A stretch of DNA of 54,529 nucleotides from contig JACPBO010000003.1 in assembly GCA_016180285.1 (NCBI GenBank), forward strand, positions 1 to 54,529. The letters run 5' to 3'. Made by a program: the position numbers and the translations under genes. Position 1 is the first letter of the stretch. Each line of letters begins with the position of its first letter. Shown one piece after another: positions 8,201 through 17,074 of the stretch. The notes beneath the pieces were generated by a model, which ran no database searches, was not told where the DNA came from, and saw nothing but the letters and a program-made list of their open reading frames with translations. This stretch comes from Candidatus Woesearchaeota archaeon (GTDB lineage: Archaea > Nanobdellota > Nanobdellia > Woesearchaeales > JACPBO01).

Positions 8201-11159
8201 TTGTTTTTACTGTGTCTTTGCCAACAGCACTTTTAACAAGCCCGCAGTCGGAATTTGATTTAACAAGGTTGGCTGCGCTGCTTATGGTTTCTTTTGTACC
8301 TAAATCTGTAGCACCAAATATATCTTTGCCCTCTTTAACTTTTCCCTCAACATAATTCTGCAACGTAGGCGCAGCAGGGCAGAAGATCCTGTCGCAGATC
8401 AAATGCATTGTCTGCTCCCAGCCCATTCTTCTTTGTATTGCATCGCTGCAGGATTTACAAGCCTGATTCTTATCTTGCTCTTTGGCGGGATCAAATGCCT
8501 GATCGCACTGCCCTTGTTCTGCAACTTTTTTCATCTCATTAGCGCCAATAATGCCGCCAAGTATTGTTCCTAAGCCTCCTGAATACTCGCAGTTCCACTT
8601 TTCATTGAACCAGTTAAAAAAGGAATATGCCCAGGATCCCATGCAGCCGTAAAACACCCATGTCTTGACCTGATTTAATGGCTTCAGTATCATATCTATC
8701 AATTCTATTGTTGTATTCAGCAGTTCAACAGATGAAGTTAAAAATGCCTTTGGAATCTTGTCTGAAGGCGCTCTTCTGTCAATATTGACAATCACGTCCC
8801 AGCACTGCTTTTGGGTTAATGTCTGCGTCTGAGTTAAAGCTCCCTGCGTTCCCCCAACTCCCGGTGAGATGCTGTAGCCAGGCAAATTAGGATCGTAAAA
8901 CCTTATTGTGAGCAGCAAAGGGATCTTAATGCAGCCAAGACCAGGAACAGGGCATTCGTCTTTTCTATGGTCGCTTAAATTATTTTCTTTCTGAAGCGAT
9001 GTGTTGGCTTTTATTATCGAATCAAGCCTTTTTATTTTGAGAATAACGTAGCCTGTTCTTTTGTCGCTGCTCCATATCGCCTGCGAACTCTGCAGCCAGT
9101 CTTCATCATATTTTTCCTTCTGCTCTGCGCTTAACGGCATTATTTCCACAGTCGGGTTGGCTATTATATTTCCATTCTGATAGCCGCCCTGCCACCCTAT
9201 CTGCGAAGTTATCCCAATCTGCGACATTCCAATAAGCATCAGTTTTGGAGTAAGCATATCAGGGGTTGCTTCGCTTATGTTTACCTGCCACCATGCCCCA
9301 AATCCGCACTGCGTGTATTTTATATCACCCATTACTGGTGAGCTTTCCCTTCCAACAGAATCCTTTGCAGTTAATTTTATCTTGTTTATATAAGCAGGCG
9401 AGTATTCTCCGCTTAATCCTGTTGATGGCGTTCCGGCTATGCCTGTTGTTTCATACTCATTTAATGTGCCTTCTTTTGTCAGGCTGATATCAACGCTGAA
9501 AGTTCCGTCTGATTCTGTCGCTTTTTCATATGAAGGGGATGATCCATCATCATAGTTAAGGTAAACATAAACAGTTGCATTTTTGTTCACCTTTCCTCTT
9601 ATCGTAACATCGGGGATGTAAGACGGGCTTAATGATCCAAGGTTATTTTCAACTATTACAGGGGGGTTAGGATCAAACAAAGTTGCATTCTCATAAGTTG
9701 TCGTATGCCCGATATTGTCAATTGCCTCAATCTTTATCCTGTTGCGGCCATTCTGCAAAGCAAGGCCAGTTGAAAAATTGCCGAGCACATTGTTCAGCAT
9801 GGTTTGCGGCGTTATGATATCCAACTCAACCACAGTAGGAAGCTGAGTTATTGTGCTGCCGCCAGCCAAAGTTGTAATATAAATCATTGCTGACTTCTGG
9901 CCTTCATTCCCCGAAGCATCAACTGCGCTGGCTTGGTATGTGTATGTTTTGTTTGTGCTGACAAGAATATCTAAGAAATAATTTGAGAACGTTGTTGCTA
10001 TTCTCCCAACATCTGACCTGTAAACAGCATATTTGCTCAAGTCAGTTACATTAACAGTATTCCATGCGATCTTTATAGAACTGGCAGTTACAATGCTTTG
10101 TGAAAGATTTTCCACAGCAGGCGGCGGGGTTGTGTCAAAGCTTTCTGGGCTGACATAGAATTTTATTGTTGAATTCTTGTCAACTGTGCCGTTAACCTTT
10201 AATGTCTGTACCGGAGAAACCTGAGGAATTGGCGCTATGTCCAGGAAAGGGTAAGTTAAATCAACAGTTATGTTATAGCTTGCATCATTCTCATTTCCTG
10301 CAGCATCTTTTGCATGCAGCCTTATTTTGTTCGGCGAAACAGCAGGATCAAGCACAACAGCAGGGAACAAGAATGTTCCATTGTAATCAGTTGTCAGGGC
10401 TCTTTTCAGCGCATCATTCTGATAGAGCTGCACAGTTGTATATGCTTCTGTACTTCCGCCTATGTCAATCTGCGAAGATCCATGCAGTGCAGGGATTGTA
10501 GCATTGATGAAAGGCGGAGTTGTGTCAGCAGACTGTGCGACAAAGCTGAGCAGAGATGAGTTCGCGCAGTTATTATAGGCATCGCATGAATTTGCAACAT
10601 AGAAGTATTGCGTATTATTTGTCAAATCTGTCAATTGCACATTATGCTGAGTAAGCATTCCGCCTGCGCTTACTTCAGAGCCAAGGCCAGTTGTTCCGCC
10701 ATAATATATCTTTGAAGTCGAAGCTTCGCTTGTTGTCCAGCTTATTGTCGCAGTTTTCTCTGTTGTTGAAACTAAAATAGCCGATATAACAGGCGCAACG
10801 ATATCACCTACATTGGTATAGAAATAATAATTGTCCCCGCCTTTTGTTGCGCTGTCGCTTCCAGCTGCTGATGTTATGCTGTAGTAATATTTTGAATCAG
10901 GCAGCAAAGCAGGCAATGTTACAGCATGCTCTGTTACAAGAGCAGCATCTGAAACTGAGAATTCCCTGTAGGAATAATTGCCATATTTAACCATAGAGTC
11001 TGCAGCAGCATCTGTATCCCATAAAATATCAGCTGAGCTTGAAGTGAGGTTTTTCACCCTGATGTTTGATATTGTCAATGCATTTGCAGAATAGGCTGGA
11101 AGGAACATCATTAAGGCTATTAAAAACAGCGCAATGATTTCTTTTTTGTTTGCTTTCAT
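5202..11159 (-). CDS. giant exported surface protein: FN3/Ig-like N-terminal domains, Cys-rich helical core, C-terminal six-Cys module
   Basis: Signal peptide; 'ISWTT..S.IYYG..H.VQLTDL..NTQYFY' FN3-like repeats; DAAGNE/DASGNE Ig motifs; many Cys; 1985 aa. Confidence 0.85.
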   Translation of the reverse strand: MKANKKEIIALFLIALMMFLPAYSANALTISNIRVKNLTSSSADILWDTDAAADSMVKYGNYSYREFSVSDAALVTEHAVTLPALLPDSKYYYSITSAAGSDSATKGGDNYYFYTNVGDIVAPVISAILVSTTEKTATISWTTSEASTSKIYYGGTTGLGSEVSAGGMLTQHNVQLTDLTNNTQYFYVANSCDAYNNCANSSLLSFVAQSADTTPPFINATIPALHGSSQIDIGGSTEAYTTVQLYQNDALKRALTTDYNGTFLFPAVVLDPAVSPNKIRLHAKDAAGNENDASYNITVDLTYPFLDIAPIPQVSPVQTLKVNGTVDKNSTIKFYVSPESFDTTPPPAVENLSQSIVTASSIKIAWNTVNVTDLSKYAVYRSDVGRIATTFSNYFLDILVSTNKTYTYQASAVDASGNEGQKSAMIYITTLAGGSTITQLPTVVELDIITPQTMLNNVLGNFSTGLALQNGRNRIKIEAIDNIGHTTTYENATLFDPNPPVIVENNLGSLSPSYIPDVTIRGKVNKNATVYVYLNYDDGSSPSYEKATESDGTFSVDISLTKEGTLNEYETTGIAGTPSTGLSGEYSPAYINKIKLTAKDSVGRESSPVMGDIKYTQCGFGAWWQVNISEATPDMLTPKLMLIGMSQIGITSQIGWQGGYQNGNIIANPTVEIMPLSAEQKEKYDEDWLQSSQAIWSSDKRTGYVILKIKRLDSIIKANTSLQKENNLSDHRKDECPVPGLGCIKIPLLLTIRFYDPNLPGYSISPGVGGTQGALTQTQTLTQKQCWDVIVNIDRRAPSDKIPKAFLTSSVELLNTTIELIDMILKPLNQVKTWVFYGCMGSWAYSFFNWFNEKWNCEYSGGLGTILGGIIGANEMKKVAEQGQCDQAFDPAKEQDKNQACKSCSDAIQRRMGWEQTMHLICDRIFCPAAPTLQNYVEGKVKEGKDIFGATDLGTKETISSAANLVKSNSDCGLVKSAVGKDTVKTIYDNYIDQQNQQACKGLHPYDPKCCGFEYMREWDSACGAYPKFGFNEIEESYCLVHPEDTKVCTTPRKIFNSVAGFCDPQGKPKEEFVKGLRTYKELGPQDTKDTEALGKEIFYRITEKTDSSGKTTDVVVERGYYNTKYVTAQQGAVQVGQPSKVTQDVEFKPLRPVNEIKDVDVIDKNNLQSSYNAQLTKFKKDYVFVAAETRQIPGVAGNGDINKDAQEVFDKILSAIGTTDKKYIVDPTSGLLRSIQCVCLPGITSYLSLYRSMMDAIRTCFNTILLTGDGNPGVCQAVLTQYVCDLIYDVIKCFTKKYSNGFGKRIEGGIGGFLGALTSAGTAVQKSVSGRYGGSTIWRTMFAERKLVHAICLFAFTGDWNLDVNTLLNENISVNIQSQPILYPCTRRFVSYNPVSNPSGLTTWSYHLGIGLVAGSPLTYRVYLKCSSGYTCDTNDFEGGKCDCVSAEQTMGVAAEGGTGVLKAGQILDSDTYVPLTESKVRYDTAVLEWAWTDNTGAKRTDKQECSITQEGGKPPVFCSFDIGTGSYLCRLSIGQNTGEAYFNPAPSARAEPFKKDENLRISVNIAQQLPRDASERKSEYCSDGLKYCSYTKQLRWTVTNQNGVVISEMSSGTAASNQPPQLLYESKEHQFTLPDVMITKEMFERTSTPTSTTKTCENVGVPTGVTYSNSISVKSMTCDDTFELIYHTGKNDNEKFEYKIGTYLSTPTAIFTPSSKTTNKCTYEKSSNKVTCGNNVININSEPTNDASTVFYSHIQTSQTTTSTFTCDNKEQTWNAVFALYDYKKDDTTGQYVPSEQKTTYNGAIQEKSLNFKVICNPSAQGTASTTGPTIINSFTVDDKTGTILVKKNDAKNAKITTTEDSASAYMSVKGPISDSLQLEQSSSISKKEWSAKTLLWVPVLAGKYTLQGHVIGGSLNNPYTSQNTITAYVWEKECSDKSNPAKKGVCLSTESSGVCPASFTQLTDLADNGKCDSGQTCCQQTS

Positions 11160-13186
11160 TTCAATACAGGCACCAGCTGCGTTTGATATTCTGGCTTCTC
11201 CAAGTCGCCTATTAAATTTATCTGATCGTCATTAGTTACAGGCATTGGAACCTTTTCAATTACATTGAACTTGATTTTTGTCTTGCCTTCCAAGTCAAGC
11301 TCGCTGACTGTCCATGTTCCCTTATAGCCGCCGATCATCTTCTCGCCTTTTGTTAAAATAAGGAATAAATTATAAGATGCACCTTCATCAAGAAGATCGA
11401 TCTTTTTGTCAGACTCGGGCATTGCGCCGGCAAAGGGATATGTCCTATATAAATTATAGCTTCCATCCTCTAGCGACAGATATATTGTAACTGACTCATC
11501 ATCTGCAAGCTGCAATTCTGATGCAGGCGCTGTTGTTTTTCGCTTTATGATTTCAAAGTCAAGCGATTTAAGCGCTTTAAGCTCTATTGCGAATGGGCTT
11601 TGTTCGAACTGCTTTATTGCTTTCAAATAGCCTGCTTTTTCTGCTTCTATGTTGCCAAATTTGCAGAATGAAGGAAGGGTTGTTATAAGCTGATAGCTCC
11701 CATATGCTTGCTTTGTCTGCCCCAGATTGCATCTGTATCTTCCGCATGTGAAGGATATATTGGCATCTTTTAATTCCATATTTGAAAGCCCTTCTCTTTT
11801 TCCGGTTGCTTTTATTTCAACCAGATCTGTTCCGCGCTGGCTGCAATATGCTGCGTCTTCTATTGGAGGATTGAATTCTGCAGGCGCAATTTCAGTTGTT
11901 CTTCTTGCTTCATTGCTTTTTACTATGACTGGAATTGCAAAATGGAATGAGAATCCATTGCCATTGAACGCAGCATCATCTGATATTATTGCTTCAACTG
12001 GATAAGAGACATCATAAGTGAAATGATAAATATTAACGCACATGAAGCTGAGGAATTTCTGCGATGTTTTCCCTGTGTTTGACTTAAGCAAGCCGTCTTT
12101 GGAAGGCCTGACATCCAAGTCAATGCCCCATATTGGCTGGTATCTGAAGCCAACTTTCAACTCGCTTGGCTGGGTTTTTGCATCCCAGAAATAATGGAAA
12201 TAATCATATGCATCTTCAGGCAAGGGGGCAGAAGGCGCTTTAACGCTGCTTAATTCTGATGAAGCATCTGGAAATTCTGTAACGCTGAAAAGCCCTTTTT
12301 CTTCTGGCAGATATTTTATATTTGCTGCTTTTTTCTGAAGCTCGTCGTAATAAGCGTCATATTCCTCATACACTGACTCTGGCGCTGAAAAAGGAACATA
12401 ATCTGTATTTTTTATTCTTATAAGCGGAGCAGTATAGTAGAGCATCCTTTGCAGCTCTGTTCTCACATCCAGAATATTCCATATAAGCTGGTCGCATCTG
12501 AAGTCCATCCCTGTCAACGGCGTTTTCGGGTTCATTGCAATCAAGCCAATAGTCATGTTTTCCAGTAAGCCGTTCTTGTTTTCTGCATCAAGGATTTTTT
12601 TTGCCAGCTCATAAATCTTTTTCAGCTTAACGTTAGAGTGCGCAGAAAAATCCTTTAATTTGGTCTCTTCTCCTGTTCTTGCATTTTTGATCTTGAGCCT
12701 GTAATCAACATTGATCACAACGTCATTTTCGGCGATCTTTGTCTGCGCAGTTGGCTGCTTTACTGTTTCAATATCAAAATCCTGCCTGAATAAATCCAAA
12801 TCCTGTATGCAGCCATTAATATTCTCCTCAACATAGTCGCTTATCTGCTGCTCCATCTGCTTTTCTGGAGGAATATGCGAAGCAGCATCATAATACCAAT
12901 ACGGCACTTTGTAGGGGCCGAAGAAGACTATGTTCTTCGCAGGGTTGTTTTTTATTGAATTTGGCAATGCAACATAGCCGCCCTGCTGGCCCAGTCTTGC
13001 AATTGCATCCTGGCTGACAACATTGATGCAGGAATCTATGTAATTGCGGATTGGCGAAATGTAAGGCGGAATTACTTTGCTTGGAAAGAACATTGTTTTC
13101 TGGGCAAATATGGAGATAAGAGTGGCGGCAAATACCACAATTACTAGTGCAACTATCATGAAAACTGTTATCTGCGCTCTTTTCAT
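11156..13186 (-). CDS. large class III signal peptide (pilin-like) protein
   Basis: N-terminus MKRA-QITVFMIVALVIVV; paralogous to 23672..25804. Confidence 0.8.
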   Translation of the reverse strand: MKRAQITVFMIVALVIVVFAATLISIFAQKTMFFPSKVIPPYISPIRNYIDSCINVVSQDAIARLGQQGGYVALPNSIKNNPAKNIVFFGPYKVPYWYYDAASHIPPEKQMEQQISDYVEENINGCIQDLDLFRQDFDIETVKQPTAQTKIAENDVVINVDYRLKIKNARTGEETKLKDFSAHSNVKLKKIYELAKKILDAENKNGLLENMTIGLIAMNPKTPLTGMDFRCDQLIWNILDVRTELQRMLYYTAPLIRIKNTDYVPFSAPESVYEEYDAYYDELQKKAANIKYLPEEKGLFSVTEFPDASSELSSVKAPSAPLPEDAYDYFHYFWDAKTQPSELKVGFRYQPIWGIDLDVRPSKDGLLKSNTGKTSQKFLSFMCVNIYHFTYDVSYPVEAIISDDAAFNGNGFSFHFAIPVIVKSNEARRTTEIAPAEFNPPIEDAAYCSQRGTDLVEIKATGKREGLSNMELKDANISFTCGRYRCNLGQTKQAYGSYQLITTLPSFCKFGNIEAEKAGYLKAIKQFEQSPFAIELKALKSLDFEIIKRKTTAPASELQLADDESVTIYLSLEDGSYNLYRTYPFAGAMPESDKKIDLLDEGASYNLFLILTKGEKMIGGYKGTWTVSELDLEGKTKIKFNVIEKVPMPVTNDDQINLIGDLEKPEYQTQLVPVLK

Positions 13187-13199
13187 CTATCCTCTTTTT

Positions 13200-13949
13200 T
13201 TAAGCACCATCAAGCACCATTGCTGTATAGCTTCTGAACCAGGCAAGGCAGTACAAAATCACTATTGCCGCGATTATTGATGCTGCCGGAATGCCCAGCA
13301 AGGCTATGGAGTTTGAAGCGTAAGCCACTATCCCCAATATAAGCGGGGCTATGAAAATATAAAGCTCTTCCACACCTAACTGCAATGCTGTTTTTATTGA
13401 TTTAAATACTTTTCCTCTTTTTGCGAGCAATATGTACAGGATATTTGTGAAGTAGATTGCTAATAGGAATGCCAGCAGAAATAGGCCGATCATTATGCTT
13501 TCCCTGAACAATTTAAAAATTGCAAAAAACAAGAGCAAAAGCGCAGGAATCCATATAATATTTGCCAAAAAGAAGCTTATAAGGTATTTTAAATCTGGCT
13601 TTTTGCCTAATAAAACAGTGTAAACAATGCTCTGGAAAATTACAACCATGAAAAATGCAAACAAAGCGAATAAAAAAGCATACAAATACAGCGACTGGAA
13701 GAATGACTGCATCGCATTTGTTGTTGCTTCTAATTGGGTCAATGATGTTGTTGCGAGATCATCTATATTGTTTTTTTTGACTTCCAATGCCGCCTTGTCT
13801 ATTCCGTACATAAGAAGATAGGCTGCATTGGCCAGCAGGAACAGGAGAATAAAGTCGAGAACCATTATAAGCATAAAGCGCGGCTTCGGAATAAAAGAGC
13901 GGAGTAATTTCCTTAACCAGCTTTCTGTCTTTTTTGTTGTTTTTGGCAT
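13200..13949 (-). CDS. multi-pass membrane protein
   Basis: About 6 TM segments; 'LDFILLF', 'FQSIVY'. Confidence 0.8.
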   Translation of the reverse strand: MPKTTKKTESWLRKLLRSFIPKPRFMLIMVLDFILLFLLANAAYLLMYGIDKAALEVKKNNIDDLATTSLTQLEATTNAMQSFFQSLYLYAFLFALFAFFMVVIFQSIVYTVLLGKKPDLKYLISFFLANIIWIPALLLLFFAIFKLFRESIMIGLFLLAFLLAIYFTNILYILLAKRGKVFKSIKTALQLGVEELYIFIAPLILGIVAYASNSIALLGIPAASIIAAIVILYCLAWFRSYTAMVLDGA

Positions 13950-13950
13950 T

Positions 13951-14571
13951 TTAATTTCTTTTTAATTCATCTAAAATCTTGCTCTTTTTAAGCTTTAGCT
14001 GCCTCGGGTTTAGCTCAAGATATTGCATGTCTTTAAAATTTCTTATTATTTCAATTAATCTGTATTTAAAATGTTCTATTTTGTATTTTTTGAGCAGCTC
14101 AAAGTATTTTTTAAAATTCACATCTGTAAAACACAATAAAGTCATGATGTCGATCCTGTCTTTTCCGCCCTTAACTGATTTTTCCCTGTCAATTTCTGCG
14201 CCTTGCTTCAGTATAAGCAAAACTTCAGGAATTACAACATTAAAGTTCTCTACTTTTGTGGAATAGCTCTTAATATCTTCCACAGGAATCGCCAATTTTG
14301 AGAAAAAAGGGGCATAAATATCAACATCAATCTCTTCAAAGCTTATTTCATATTTTTTAAGATTGTCATTCTTTTTCAGATTATAATTTTCCTTCAGGTA
14401 TTCCAATTGCTTCAAATCTGTTAATGCTATATCGAGGTCTTTTGATTTATGCAGCCTTGTCCATAGATAAGCAGCCCAGCCGCCAATGACTATAAATTTG
14501 AATGGCTTTTTATTTAATTCAACAAGAATGTTCCAGCTCTTTTCCGTCAATAAGCTATTCCAGAATTCCAT
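13951..14571 (-). CDS. nucleotidyltransferase, AbiEii-like putative toxin
   Basis: IVIGGWAA..SKDLDI, LLILK..KDRIDI motifs. Confidence 0.75.
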   Translation of the reverse strand: MEFWNSLLTEKSWNILVELNKKPFKFIVIGGWAAYLWTRLHKSKDLDIALTDLKQLEYLKENYNLKKNDNLKKYEISFEEIDVDIYAPFFSKLAIPVEDIKSYSTKVENFNVVIPEVLLILKQGAEIDREKSVKGGKDRIDIMTLLCFTDVNFKKYFELLKKYKIEHFKYRLIEIIRNFKDMQYLELNPRQLKLKKSKILDELKRN

Positions 14572-15139
14572 TTAACCGCTTCTCCAGGGCTTTTAAAAAC
14601 TCCTTCGCATACCATTCTTTTAAATTCCACAAATCAGCAAATAACTGGGCTGTTGTTGAGCTTTTGCCATATTTATCTATGGCGTTGTCTTTTTTTAACA
14701 CAAATAAGTTGGGGCTGTTGATGTTTTTTGGAAATCTTTTTTCAATTTCTTCATCGCCATAAACATAAACTTCTGAATAATCAGCAGGGACATCCTTGAA
14801 TTTAAACTTATAGGCAGAATATGCACCATATACAATATTGTTGGGCATCTCAGATTCTATTTGGGTAACGGGCTTGTTGACCCGTGTTTTATATATTATA
14901 TCTTTTTCGAAATTCCGTATACTTGCCCAATAATATAAAATCTTTTTTAAATCAATAATACGAAAACCTCTTAGCCGGATATCTACTGAATTCATCTTTA
15001 CCAGCGGCTTTAAGGCAAGATTTACTGTGCTTAATGAGATCATCAAATTTTTTGATAGTTCGGACTGCGTAAAATTGTACTTTTTCTTTTCCATAAACTG
15101 GTACAACATTTCCCTGTATACGAATTCGATCTTTTTCAC
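14555..15139 (-). CDS. wHTH protein, AbiEi-like putative antitoxin
   Basis: TQSELSKNLMISLSTVNLAL HTH; C-terminal TTAQLFADLW; overlaps the NTase gene. Confidence 0.7.
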   Translation of the reverse strand: MKKIEFVYREMLYQFMEKKKYNFTQSELSKNLMISLSTVNLALKPLVKMNSVDIRLRGFRIIDLKKILYYWASIRNFEKDIIYKTRVNKPVTQIESEMPNNIVYGAYSAYKFKFKDVPADYSEVYVYGDEEIEKRFPKNINSPNLFVLKKDNAIDKYGKSSTTAQLFADLWNLKEWYAKEFLKALEKRLNGILE

Positions 15140-15193
15140 GATTTAAATTAAAAAGTCTTTATTTATAAATCTTTCGATTTTATAAGAAAGATA

Positions 15194-15227
15194 TTTAAGT
15201 TAGATCATAGTAACTTAAAGTTACTAT
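15194..15227. promoter_or_regulatory. overlapping palindromes, probable operator
   Basis: TTTAAGTTA-N8-TAACTTAAA (15194-15219) and ATAGTAACT-TAA-AGTTACTAT (15207-15227). Confidence 0.5.
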
Positions 15228-15299
15228 ATAGAAACTAACAGTATGAGTGAGCTTTCGCTTTTTGGTGAAAGGTATAAAAGTAATCGATAGAGTGTATAA

Positions 15300-15325
15300 T
15301 TTACCAATCTTCCCAGGAAGATGTT
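15300..15325 (+). repeat. direct repeat copy 1
   Basis: TTTACCAATCTTCCCAGGAAGATGTT; 25/26 identical to 17049-17074. Confidence 0.9.
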
Positions 15326-15342
15326 TAAGGGATTTTTTATAT

Positions 15343-16269
15343 TTATAGCTCCATTTCGATTTCTTTAAGGAATTTTTGCAAAAATAGCCTGAGCCTTGCT
15401 GCAAAATCTTCAAACTCTTCTTTTTTCAATTCCTGAACTATTAAGTGCTTTACTTCATCATAAGAAAAATCAATATTGCCGGTTTTTTCCCTGATTAGTA
15501 TGAGGCTCTCCTTGTATTTTCCATAATATTTGGTTGCGAAAGCTATTTTTTCTTTTGCCTCTTCTGCCAAATCTTCCGGTTTTATCTTGAATCTTTGATA
15601 AATAAAAAAAAGATCAATGGCATCTCTTGATTTTTTGGCTTTTCTTGTAACTAAAGAGCGTATCTTTTCTGCTGCAATTTCTTTGATATCATAAGCAAGA
15701 AGCTCCCTTTTTTCATAAAAAACAATAAGCTCCTGAAAGTAAATCTTTTCCTCGCTTCTTAGGCTCTCTTTTATCAGGGAGAGCGTTTCCCTTGATTTTA
15801 CTTCAAACTTAATTTTTTCCAGAAAGTTAATTTGCAGCTTTATGAAAGAAAAGGCGCCTGTAAAAACCGACTCGTACCAGACTTTAAATGTAACAAGCTT
15901 GTTATTGCTCCCTATCTCCACATATTTTCGGTCAGCCTTATCAAAAACAAAATTTAAGCCAATAGCTTCAAGCTGTTTTCCAAGATCATTTATCTTCTCC
16001 TTGCAAAGTTTCTTTATCTGGTTTGTAGATTTGTTCTCCAATAATTTTTGATTTGCAAACGTAAAATCCAAATCTTCCGAAAATCTGAAATAATCAAAAT
16101 AGATTTTTGCCAGGCAGGTTCCCCCTTTGAAAATGTACTCCTCAAGATTTAATTTTGATAAAAGCACATTCAGGTAAAAATCCTTTTCAATAAGCTCAAG
16201 AGAGGCTGTTCTTGCCTTCTCGCTGATAAACAGCAGAAATTCCCTCAGCTTAGTTTTGCTTATTTCCAT
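15343..16269 (-). CDS. AbiEii/AbiGii-family nucleotidyltransferase toxin
   Basis: LIEKDFY, FKGGTCL, RFSEDLDF, AEKIRSL..SRDAIDL motifs. Confidence 0.92.
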   Translation of the reverse strand: MEISKTKLREFLLFISEKARTASLELIEKDFYLNVLLSKLNLEEYIFKGGTCLAKIYFDYFRFSEDLDFTFANQKLLENKSTNQIKKLCKEKINDLGKQLEAIGLNFVFDKADRKYVEIGSNNKLVTFKVWYESVFTGAFSFIKLQINFLEKIKFEVKSRETLSLIKESLRSEEKIYFQELIVFYEKRELLAYDIKEIAAEKIRSLVTRKAKKSRDAIDLFFIYQRFKIKPEDLAEEAKEKIAFATKYYGKYKESLILIREKTGNIDFSYDEVKHLIVQELKKEEFEDFAARLRLFLQKFLKEIEMEL

Positions 16270-16305
16270 TGTAAAATCTGATTCGCCCTCTTTTCTGTTG
16301 TACTG

Positions 16306-16340
16306 AAAAAAGTTGAAAATTTCTCATTTTCAACTTTTTT
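16306..16340. terminator. perfect 15-bp hairpin between antitoxin and toxin genes
   Basis: AAAAAAGTTGAAAAT-TTCTC-ATTTTCAACTTTTTT; terminator role is inferred. Confidence 0.55.
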
Positions 16341-16376
16341 GGCATATTGGAAATTAAGTTATAAATAGGAAATTTT

Positions 16377-16964
16377 TTACTTAATTTCCAATAATCTGCC
16401 GTATCTGGGCAGATATTTTAAAAATATTTGCTTGCTGAATTTATATTCCTTCAGGTCAATGCCCCTTTTTAAGTAAATGAAGTCCAATAATGTTTTTTCC
16501 AGATCGCTGTAATTTAAAAAAAGCTTATTTGAAGTTTTTATCCTTTTAAGCCCAAAAAAAAGGGAGGGCTTTACTTTAATGAAAAGAAAGCTTGTGCCGG
16601 CAATTTTCATAGGCTTGAGCCTGTTAAACTTGTCATTGATAACATAGTTTACTGGAAAGACTTCATGTGTAAGATTCAGGAATTTTAATGCTGAATTCAG
16701 CCCAAAATACCATTTTACTCCCTTAAGCTTCAACCCTGCTGACAATAATTCATACGGAGAGTATCCGATTCCATTGAGCTTTTTTTCTTCATAGCTTTTA
16801 AGGTAGTATATCCCCCTGAAGATAGTTGCCAGGTAGCCTTTGTTCAGCAAAAGTTTTCTTAAAGAGAGCCTGTTAAACCCGTACTTATCGGCAAGGCTGT
16901 CTAAATCTCTTCTTAGTATAATCTTGCTTTTCATCTCTCTTAAGGCAATCTCTGTTTTTTTCAT
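16377..16964 (-). CDS. AbiEi-family antitoxin
   Basis: KGYLATIFRGIY, YFGLNSAL, YSDLEKTLLDFIY; upstream of AbiEii. Confidence 0.85.
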   Translation of the reverse strand: MKKTEIALREMKSKIILRRDLDSLADKYGFNRLSLRKLLLNKGYLATIFRGIYYLKSYEEKKLNGIGYSPYELLSAGLKLKGVKWYFGLNSALKFLNLTHEVFPVNYVINDKFNRLKPMKIAGTSFLFIKVKPSLFFGLKRIKTSNKLFLNYSDLEKTLLDFIYLKRGIDLKEYKFSKQIFLKYLPRYGRLLEIK

Positions 16965-17048
16965 ATTACATTTCCACCTTTTAGTTGAAATATGATATAC
17001 TATTTAAATGTTTTGTTTTACTTTAAATCAGAACTATATGAAATTATG

Positions 17049-17074
17049 TTTACCAATCTTCCCAGGAAGTTGTT
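17049..17074 (+). repeat. direct repeat copy 2 (3' end of the 812-aa gene)
   Basis: TTTACCAATCTTCCCAGGAAGTTGTT, the reverse complement of the codons for TTSWEDW-stop. Confidence 0.9.
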
